Source of the DNA: a virus
Length of the DNA stretch: 19,710 nucleotides
IMG/VR virus record: IMGVR_UViG_3300045988_016630
Coordinates: 1 to 19,710 of that record
Direction: 5' to 3' (one strand)
The translations under genes and the position numbers were made by a program. Positions 14,681-19,710 of the stretch are shown here, piece after piece. The notes beneath the pieces are model-generated. The model had not been told where the DNA came from. It saw only the letters and a program-made list of their open reading frames with translations, and made no database searches. The number at the start of each line of letters is the position of its first letter. Positions within the stretch are counted from its first letter, which is position 1.

Positions 14681-15643
14681 CTACTTTTCCAGTGCGCCAG
14701 CTTCCGCCAACCACCTGTCAAACTGCTTGCGGGATCGCTGATAGCCCTCGCTGTTGTCACGGAACACTGAAGTAAACCCGTGCCGAACTGGGTCATATAC
14801 CGTCCAGTCGAACACGATTCTGGGTGCGTCCGTCTGCTCGATGACCGCACGTTTTTGTGCGGCTGAGAGTTGACGGAATCGTTTCAGCCGTTTCGAGCCG
14901 AGCGTGGTTGCCAAGATCTTCTCGAACACCTCATAACGCCCCCGACTCATATAGGACGGCCAATCATGATCACCATACAATTCTTTAGTCTGTTTGCTTG
15001 TCTTCCGGTTTTTGGACGGTTTGCTTTTTCGTTTGGTGCGCAACCCTAGTATTTCGGCGGCATCATGCATTTGCTCAAGCAGTTCGTTACGACGCCCGCT
15101 TTCCAGTTGGGAGCGCACGAACGCTTCGTCACTCAACACGTTGGTCATTTGCAGAAAATCAGTGAGCTTCGATGGAATGATCTGATTACGTCCGAAACCC
15201 TCACCGGTGGTTCCGGTGATTTCAGCAACGCGTTGGTCGTACACGCTTTTCGCGGGCACGGCCTGAGCCTTATTCCATTCATTGATCTTGCGCCGTGCCG
15301 CATTGATTTTCCGCTGCTGCTGACGCAAGAGTTTACGTCGCTTCGCCACCGGCTCCGCGTCAATCTGCGCGTTAGTGATGGGTGTGCGCTGTGCAAACAT
15401 GTAGTCTTTCTTCGTGGGCTTTTCCACGGCACTGGCATGGTAGGAGGTTGCTTTCGCTTCCGCTATGGCCTGCCTCTTCTGCCGTTCCCACTCTTTGCCT
15501 AAAGTTTTGGCGATGTTGACTAGTTGTTGGTCCGCGGTTTTGGCGAGATTCGAGCGGGAGTAAGCGCCAAGCTGTTTGATATTACGGGCGGCGCGTGCTT
15601 GCGCGGCCTGACGTGCCTTGACATGCTTTTGCTTCCGAGACAT
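14681..15643 (-). CDS. Candidate terminal protein (320 aa, basic), by position upstream of the polymerase
   Basis: Immediately upstream of the protein-primed polymerase, as phi29 gene 3 is. Lys/Arg-rich with a basic N-terminus (KQKHVKARQAAQARAARNIK). The covalent-priming lifestyle is implied by the ITRs and the pPolB. No residue-level homology could be verified. Confidence 0.6.
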   Translation of the reverse strand: MSRKQKHVKARQAAQARAARNIKQLGAYSRSNLAKTADQQLVNIAKTLGKEWERQKRQAIAEAKATSYHASAVEKPTKKDYMFAQRTPITNAQIDAEPVAKRRKLLRQQQRKINAARRKINEWNKAQAVPAKSVYDQRVAEITGTTGEGFGRNQIIPSKLTDFLQMTNVLSDEAFVRSQLESGRRNELLEQMHDAAEILGLRTKRKSKPSKNRKTSKQTKELYGDHDWPSYMSRGRYEVFEKILATTLGSKRLKRFRQLSAAQKRAVIEQTDAPRIVFDWTVYDPVRHGFTSVFRDNSEGYQRSRKQFDRWLAEAGALEK

Positions 15644-15713
15644 ATGGCACAGTCCTTAAGATGGCGAGAGCACCCAAGATTGGGTGCCCCCTATAGATGA
15701 ACGCTACTCAGTT

Positions 15714-15722
15714 ATTATAGCA
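15714..15722 (-). promoter_or_regulatory. Candidate extended -10 promoter TGcTATAAT upstream of the terminal protein-polymerase pair
   Basis: The minus strand reads gctTGcTATAATaactg, 4 nt after the SSB stop codon and about 70 nt upstream of the ATG at 15643. The leader contains a 7-bp hairpin (15670-15687). Confidence 0.45.
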
Positions 15723-15725
15723 AGC

Positions 15726-16160
15726 TCACTTGGTTTCCTCGTCCACCGGCTCGATGCTGAAAAACTTGAAGCCACGACGGGAACGACGTTCAACCACCTT
15801 GATGCACAGCGGTTCCGTCCACATGTTCGGCGTGCCGAAGATACCGAACATAGTGTTCAGTCCCGCCGCGAGAGTGGGGGAGGTGGCCGCGTACGCCTTA
15901 TTATCGTCGGTCACGATAATGACGCGCACGGTGTTGGAGATTTCGCCCGTCTGATCGTCGGTCACCTGCACGGCCTGGGCGACTGCGTTCGTCATGTTCA
16001 GCGGCTCGTTGAGGTGTTCGTCAAGCTTTTCGGCGTTCTGCAATGCCGAGTAGAGCTTAATCTTGCCTTCGCGAGTGCTTGTGTCGATGAAGTGTTGGAC
16101 GGTGCCGAGTTCGGTGTTCTCGGTGTTGAACGCGACGAGTGCGGTATTAGTGTTTTCCAT
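15726..16160 (-). CDS. Single-stranded DNA-binding protein, phi29 gp5-like
   Basis: It starts MENTN like remembered phi29 p5. GKIKLYSA vs GQIKIFNA, AVAQAVQVTDDQTGE vs AIAQYKQVSDTYGD, and C-terminal KVVERRSRRGFKFFSIEP vs KVVQGTSSKGNVFFSLQ. Syntenic position. RBS aggaaagg. Confidence 0.7.
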   Translation of the reverse strand: MENTNTALVAFNTENTELGTVQHFIDTSTREGKIKLYSALQNAEKLDEHLNEPLNMTNAVAQAVQVTDDQTGEISNTVRVIIVTDDNKAYAATSPTLAAGLNTMFGIFGTPNMWTEPLCIKVVERRSRRGFKFFSIEPVDEETK

Positions 16161-16219
16161 TGTTTAACCTTTCCTAGATTATTGTTATTTTATTTTTTCA
16201 GGCTTGCGCCTAAAATCTT

Positions 16220-16228
16220 TTTATATCA
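16220..16228 (-). promoter_or_regulatory. Candidate extended -10 element TGaTATAAA upstream of the SSB gene
   Basis: The minus strand reads gtgTGaTATAAAaag. It overlaps the stop codon of the upstream gene, in an AT-rich intergenic region about 60 nt before the ATG at 16160. Confidence 0.35.
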
Positions 16229-16543
16229 CACGTCTTCGTTATTTTCAACGTCGGCGTGTCTATTTTTTGTGTGCTCTTCTGGATTCCATTCTTGAGGTTC
16301 CTCAAAGGTAGCATATTTGTAGAACGTTTCCTCATTCATTGAGACTTTTTGCGAAAAAATGTTGATGGAACGCGGAATAAAATTCGGAAACAATCTCTTC
16401 GCACGGATTGAATATGCGCGAGCGTCCTTAAGGCGTCCGTCGATAACGTGCTCCGCTCCCATGAAGTCGCCGTCCACCAATTCCATGCCTTTCAGCACGG
16501 CATAGACGCGCGTGCGGAAAATTTCGGTTTTGGTTCTAGCCAA
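16226..16543 (-). CDS. Hypothetical early protein (105 aa), possible phi29 p6-like dsDNA-binding protein
   Basis: TTG start with a strong RBS (GGGAGGtaagaaTTG). It sits directly upstream of the SSB, as phi29 gene 6 does, and has similar size and an acidic C-terminal tail. The resemblance is loose (IFRTRVYAVLKGMELVDGDF vs ITKTTVNVAKMVMVDGEV). Confidence 0.55.
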   Translation of the reverse strand: MARTKTEIFRTRVYAVLKGMELVDGDFMGAEHVIDGRLKDARAYSIRAKRLFPNFIPRSINIFSQKVSMNEETFYKYATFEEPQEWNPEEHTKNRHADVENNEDV

Positions 16544-16546
16544 TTC

Positions 16547-17065
16547 TTACCTCCCTTGCAGTAAGATTTTTTGCAATTCTACGTCATTATATCGTGTCGT
16601 GTCCAGTCTGTCAAAATTTTTAAACACGGCGATAATGAGATTTTCCGCTTGAGGACTATCAAAAACCGTGCAACAGTCATACGACGTAGCACCCTTGACC
16701 GCGCAGACCGCGCACCAGGCAATCAAATTAGGCGGATTGATGGAACCGTCCAAATATTCCACGTCATACGTGCGAGACATTGCGGCGGCGAGCCCGTCCC
16801 CCATACTCAGACCGCCCGCAATCTGAGACACAGTAATCACCGCTTGCGTAAACCACTCACTAGGTGCTTCACGCCACAACTCGCACAACATATTGACGGC
16901 ACGGCAACACGACTCATAGTCACCATATCCAACGTCATACCGTTTCAGATTCAGCTCACGAGTATGTCCACGCGTGGCCTTGACAATACGAGGAGACTCC
17001 ATGATCGCATCGTCAAAGTCACGCATACGGTAAATAGGCCGCCTATCATCACCACGCCTAAACAT
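16547..17065 (-). CDS. Hypothetical early protein (172 aa)
   Basis: ATG 17065 with RBS GAGGAGcgatattATG. Long ORF in the operon frame. No motif recognised. Confidence 0.75.
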   Translation of the reverse strand: MFRRGDDRRPIYRMRDFDDAIMESPRIVKATRGHTRELNLKRYDVGYGDYESCCRAVNMLCELWREAPSEWFTQAVITVSQIAGGLSMGDGLAAAMSRTYDVEYLDGSINPPNLIAWCAVCAVKGATSYDCCTVFDSPQAENLIIAVFKNFDRLDTTRYNDVELQKILLQGR

Positions 17066-17234
17066 AATATCGCTCCTCAACGTGAAAATAACTGATATTC
17101 TCCGTATGAGACCGGATAGCCGCCCACCGTTTAATCAAATCCGCCGCATCCTTGTATGAGGACGCGTAACCGATCTCGATAGGCGGCTTGCGCGCATCCC
17201 TCAAGTATGCGATAGCCACGAAAGTACTATACAT
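17058..17234 (-). CDS. Small hypothetical protein (58 aa), absent from the supplied ORF track
   Basis: Hand translation gives MYSTFVAIAYLRDARKPPIEIGYASSYKDAADLIKRWAAIRSHTENISYFHVEERYYV. The ATG lies 2 nt after the upstream stop, with RBS tGGAGttttaggcATG. It exactly fills the otherwise empty 17081-17236 gap and overlaps the next start by 8 nt. Confidence 0.5.
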   Translation of the reverse strand: MYSTFVAIAYLRDARKPPIEIGYASSYKDAADLIKRWAAIRSHTENISYFHVEERYYV

Positions 17235-17236
17235 GC

Positions 17237-17440
17237 CTAAAACTCCAATCCATCAACAGGATCACTATCCCCATACAGCCACATGACCTCCCACAACCGC
17301 CGATCAGGGCAACGTTTCGGAGGATTAGTGGCGCTCCGCTTATGCTGTCTCCCAGCCCAAAACGCGCGCAAACGCCAATAACTATCAGCGTCCGGGCACG
17401 TGCCGCACAGCCACGAATGTATCCAACCACGAAAATACAT
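17237..17440 (-). CDS. Small Trp/Cys-rich hypothetical protein (67 aa)
   Basis: ATG 17440 lies one base after the upstream stop (TGA-t-ATG), with RBS ggatagggat. The longer 82-aa version would overlap the upstream gene. Confidence 0.55.
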   Translation of the reverse strand: MYFRGWIHSWLCGTCPDADSYWRLRAFWAGRQHKRSATNPPKRCPDRRLWEVMWLYGDSDPVDGLEF

Positions 17441-17441
17441 A

Positions 17442-17690
17442 TCAATCCCTATCCAGTAGTGGGGTATTGGCAATATCGATAGCATCCAGCATCAAATCAA
17501 CCACCTGAGATCCATCCCCAGCATCATACGCACACAAGGCCGACCCGCCACATACACCTCCGCACGGTGTACAAAACTGGACAGCATACCTCAGTTCATA
17601 CCGTTGACCGTGAGGACAATACCACAGGCGCACACCACCGCCCACAAACGGCGACGCAAACACGGCAACATTCATATCATTCCTACACAT
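17442..17690 (-). CDS. Small Cys-rich hypothetical protein (82 aa), zinc-ribbon-like
   Basis: YCPHG...FCTPCGGVCGG suggests a CxxH/CxxC metal site. The ATG lies one base after the upstream stop (TGA-a-ATG). Confidence 0.6.
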   Translation of the reverse strand: MCRNDMNVAVFASPFVGGGVRLWYCPHGQRYELRYAVQFCTPCGGVCGGSALCAYDAGDGSQVVDLMLDAIDIANTPLLDRD

Positions 17691-17691
17691 T

Positions 17692-17862
17692 TCAAAACCT
17701 TTTCACTACAAAACCCAATACGATAGCCACGCACACAATCAGCATGACCAGAAAACACATTGCGTCACGCATATCACGCGGAGCTTCAGAAAACGCTTCA
17801 GCACCCGCAGCAATCAGCATGATCGCAAACAAGCCAACAACTATAGCCATATCAATCATCAT
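17692..17862 (-). CDS. Small membrane protein (two predicted transmembrane helices); start uncertain
   Basis: MMIDMAIVVGLFAIMLIAAGA...AMCFLVMLIVCVAIVLGFVV. ATGs at 17862, 17859 and 17850 flank the upstream stop (17852-17854). The 78-aa TTG version (17928) would overlap the upstream gene by 77 nt. Confidence 0.5.
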   Translation of the reverse strand: MMIDMAIVVGLFAIMLIAAGAEAFSEAPRDMRDAMCFLVMLIVCVAIVLGFVVKRF

Positions 17863-18106
17863 AACACCACGGTCCACTGTTAAAAGCCCGACTAAGCTCT
17901 TGAAAATCAATGCCATGACAATAAGCAATTCCGTCGTCTACGTCGATAAAATCCATAAAAGGCACCCAACGGCCACGGTCTAGATCAAATATTGCAAAAC
18001 GGTAGTCCACACCGCAGTAGTCACATGGATGCTCACACCGCCGAAAACGACGATCTAACCCCGTGAACGTGTCAACAACAGTAAAATAATGCCATTCCAT
18101 GTTCAT
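17852..18106 (-). CDS. Hypothetical early protein (84 aa), Cys/His-containing
   Basis: ATGA overlap with the methyltransferase stop. RBS aaggaagcaaaATG. Contains CEHPCDYCG and YCHG. Confidence 0.7.
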   Translation of the reverse strand: MNMEWHYFTVVDTFTGLDRRFRRCEHPCDYCGVDYRFAIFDLDRGRWVPFMDFIDVDDGIAYCHGIDFQELSRAFNSGPWCYDD

Positions 18107-19021
18107 TTTGCTTCCTTTGATATGTTTTCAAGTCTTCTACCTAGCCAACGCATAACCGGCACGGCCATGGAATTACCTAACACGCCGATTCGCTCACGGT
18201 ACCTTAGACAGTCAGTCCATCCAGGCGGGAAACCCTGGAGCGCTTCGCACTCTTCAGCAGTAAGACGCCTGAAAGGATACCCGCCACCCCAAACGTAGGG
18301 CGGGTCATTGCGATTATGGCGAAGCAATGTCGGGCAAGCGTCGCTCATTGTTGGCGCAGAAGACTGTGTGTCTATGCGACATTGGACTTTATTGCTTCCT
18401 GACAAACGTCTCTCAAGCCTGCTGGCTCGGAGAGCTTCGGCCTTTTGTCCAGCCTTGCAAGTATCCCCCTGCAAGCTTGCACTGTCATAAAGCACGTCGA
18501 CGGCACGTCTCCAATCGTGAGTATTGATGACAAGGTAGATTCTTTTACGTCGTTGGGGTACTCCGAAGTATTGAGCGTCAAGCACTCGCCATGCCCCCCC
18601 CACCCCCGCGAGCACCCCAGAGTTTTGAAACGGAATTAAGCAATGTTGCAAAGTCTCTGCCACCATTGGAAGAGAGTACACCTGGAACGTTCTCCCAGAT
18701 AATCCACTCCGGGTCAATTTCTGCGCAAGCTCGGAGATATTCGAGCATGAGCTGGCCGCGCAGATCATTAAGCCCTTTTCGTGCGCCTGCGATTGAAAAT
18801 GCTTGGCATGGGCTTCCTCCGACCACAATGTTAGCTGTTCCATGGTATTTACTCCAATCTACTTTGGTGACGTCTCCCAGATTGGGAATGTCCGGAAAGT
18901 TTTTTGCTAGGACTTTTGAGGGTGTTTTATCAAATTCGCAGAATGCTATAGGCTCCCAGCCTAATGGCTTCCACGCGACGCTCGCGGCTTCGATACCGCT
19001 AAAAAGGCTTATGTATTTCAT
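18103..19021 (-). pseudogene. C5-cytosine DNA methyltransferase (Dcm-type), split by a frameshift in a G8 homopolymer
   Basis: The N-terminal ORF (19021..18578) carries motif I LFSGIEA, motif IV GGSPCQAFSIAG and motif VI ENVPG. The C-terminal ORF frame (from about 18595 to 18103) carries motif VIII DAQYFGVPQRRKRIYLV and motifs IX/X RRLTAEECEALQGFPPGW and GNSMAVPV. The frames differ by +1. Removing one G from GGGGGGGG (C8 at 18594-18601) gives a continuous ...WGARGGGGAWRVLDAQYFGVPQRR... of about 305 aa. Confidence 0.85.
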
Positions 19022-19122
19022 ATTACCTTTCAGAAGTTTGATGTGATTGAGTCCAGGTTAAAGGATGTAGTCTTCTTGGATTGAACCGTGTGTGTCTGGT
19101 AGTCACCGTATTTAACCTCCAA

Positions 19123-19353
19123 TCAAACAAGCGAAACTTTGACCATGCCAACCATTGTGCCGTCAAGATCAAACGTGGCATTATCAATATCCACACTCAC
19201 ATTACGCCCAACATAAGCGCTACGAACATGAGACAACACGCCATCTAACGACGCTTTCAACGACACTGTATGAAACATGCCACTAGGCTTCACGCAATCG
19301 GGCAGAATCTCGAATACCTGAAAACCGTTTTCGGTGATATTAAAATACCACAT
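19123..19353 (-). CDS. Hypothetical early protein (76 aa), first gene of the right-end operon
   Basis: The ATG and RBS are supplied by ITR-R, identical to those of 358..558. No motif recognised. Confidence 0.7.
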   Translation of the reverse strand: MWYFNITENGFQVFEILPDCVKPSGMFHTVSLKASLDGVLSHVRSAYVGRNVSVDIDNATFDLDGTMVGMVKVSLV

Positions 19354-19387
19354 TTTATTTTTCCTTTCCCTCGAAGCGGATAACTAC

Positions 19388-19396
19388 ACCATAACA
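19388..19396 (-). promoter_or_regulatory. Candidate inward extended -10 promoter in ITR-R, likely start of the early operon
   Basis: Mirror copy of 315..323. It lies upstream of the shared RBS and the ATG at 19353. Confidence 0.3.
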
Positions 19397-19434
19397 CAAA
19401 CAAACGGGCAGCACGCCCAAAAACAAAACAAGGC

Positions 19435-19498
19435 AAAAAAATAAAAGACAGTTACCGGCCGGACGGTAAGTAAGCTACGGTTACGTAACCGTAACTTA
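19435..19498. promoter_or_regulatory. Mirror copy of the ITR palindrome cluster in ITR-R
   Basis: Reverse complement of 213..276, as a consequence of the perfect ITR. Confidence 0.5.
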
Positions 19499-19575
19499 GC
19501 CGGACGCAGATTGTTGCATATACAACCATTGACACAGCGTCAATAAAAAAACGACACGCCCGAAAATAAAAAAAG

Positions 19576-19604
19576 TTGACATGCAGGCGTAAAAAAAATA
19601 TAAT
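19576..19604 (+). promoter_or_regulatory. Consensus sigma70/sigmaA-type promoter in ITR-R, firing outward toward position 19710
   Basis: TTGACA (19576-19581), spacer tgcaggcgtaaaaaaaa (17 nt), TATAAT (19599-19604). The upstream A tract is cgaaaataaaaaaag. TATAAT-agaggc-ATG puts an ATG (19611) at the expected transcription start. Confidence 0.6.
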
Positions 19605-19710
19605 AGAGGCATGAACAAAACAAAACGTCAAGGACCACACAGAACACAAAAAAATAATACACAAATAAAAAAAACCACAAGGGAAAATCTTCACACAAAT
19701 CCATACCCCT

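Larger units (their letters stand above)
19351..19710. repeat. Right inverted terminal repeat (ITR-R), 360 bp
   Basis: Reverse complement of 1..360. It includes the ATG (19353..19351) of the first minus-strand gene. Confidence 0.97.

Noticed and set aside
17227-17445. 72-aa minus-strand ORF overlapping 17237..17440 in another frame
   Set aside because: It has no RBS and is not positioned for coupling with the upstream stop. Its Gly/Cys/Ile/Arg-rich composition looks like off-frame translation. The frame starting at ATG 17440 fits the operon's stop-start spacing.
18602-18843. The first 80 or so residues of the 246-aa ORF 18103..18843, considered as a genuine N-terminus of an independent protein
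   Set aside because: This part overlaps the motif I-VI-bearing frame of the methyltransferase and shows no methyltransferase motifs of its own. It is off-frame read-through upstream of the G8 frameshift.
19605-19710. The ITR outward transcript as the packaging RNA (pRNA)
   Set aside because: Only about 100 nt are available, and the sequence is A/C-rich with no obvious helices or end-pairing. The outward promoter is still reported as a finding, but not as a pRNA.
1-19710. A search by eye for CRISPR arrays, tRNA/rRNA genes, integrase, repressor or transposase, and attachment sites
   Set aside because: No regularly spaced direct repeats, no cloverleaf-like candidates in the short intergenic gaps, and no recombinase-like ORFs were seen. 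A tRNAscan or HMM scan would be needed to exclude them formally.

Overview
The window appears to be a complete linear genome (19,710 bp) of a small phi29-like, protein-primed podophage of a Gram-positive host. It is bounded by perfect 360-bp inverted terminal repeats (ITRs). All credible genes but one lie on the minus strand.

Gene layout:
- Right-end early operon (19353 to 13201): small unknown ORFs, a C5-cytosine DNA methyltransferase broken by a frameshift in a G8 run, more small Cys/Trp-rich and membrane ORFs, then a phi29-syntenic replication block (p6-like, gp5-like SSB, terminal-protein candidate, protein-primed family B DNA polymerase).
- Late operon (12970 to 614): acidic scaffold, major capsid with two Ig-like (BIG2) domains, gp9-like tail knob, gp10-like portal, gp11-like lower collar, three small coupled structural ORFs, a tail fibre with an SGNH esterase domain, a virion-associated CHAP lysin, gp16-like packaging ATPase, holin and a CHAP-SH3b endolysin.
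- Left end: a single plus-strand gene for a very acidic 66-aa protein.

No tRNA, CRISPR array, integrase or repressor was recognised, which suggests a lytic phage.

Observations most worth follow-up:
1. An ORF-less promoter-to-terminator unit of about 170 nt between the early and late operons. Its 5' and 3' ends can pair, so it is a candidate structured ncRNA, possibly a packaging-RNA analogue.
2. A perfect consensus promoter in each ITR that fires outward toward the genome end.
3. The homopolymer-interrupted methyltransferase.
4. A DNA polymerase whose exonuclease motifs and motif C look degenerate.
5. The acidic left-end protein as a possible DNA mimic.

All homology calls rest on motif recognition and alignment by eye to remembered phi29 proteins. 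All RNA structures were folded by eye. No searches or computations were run.
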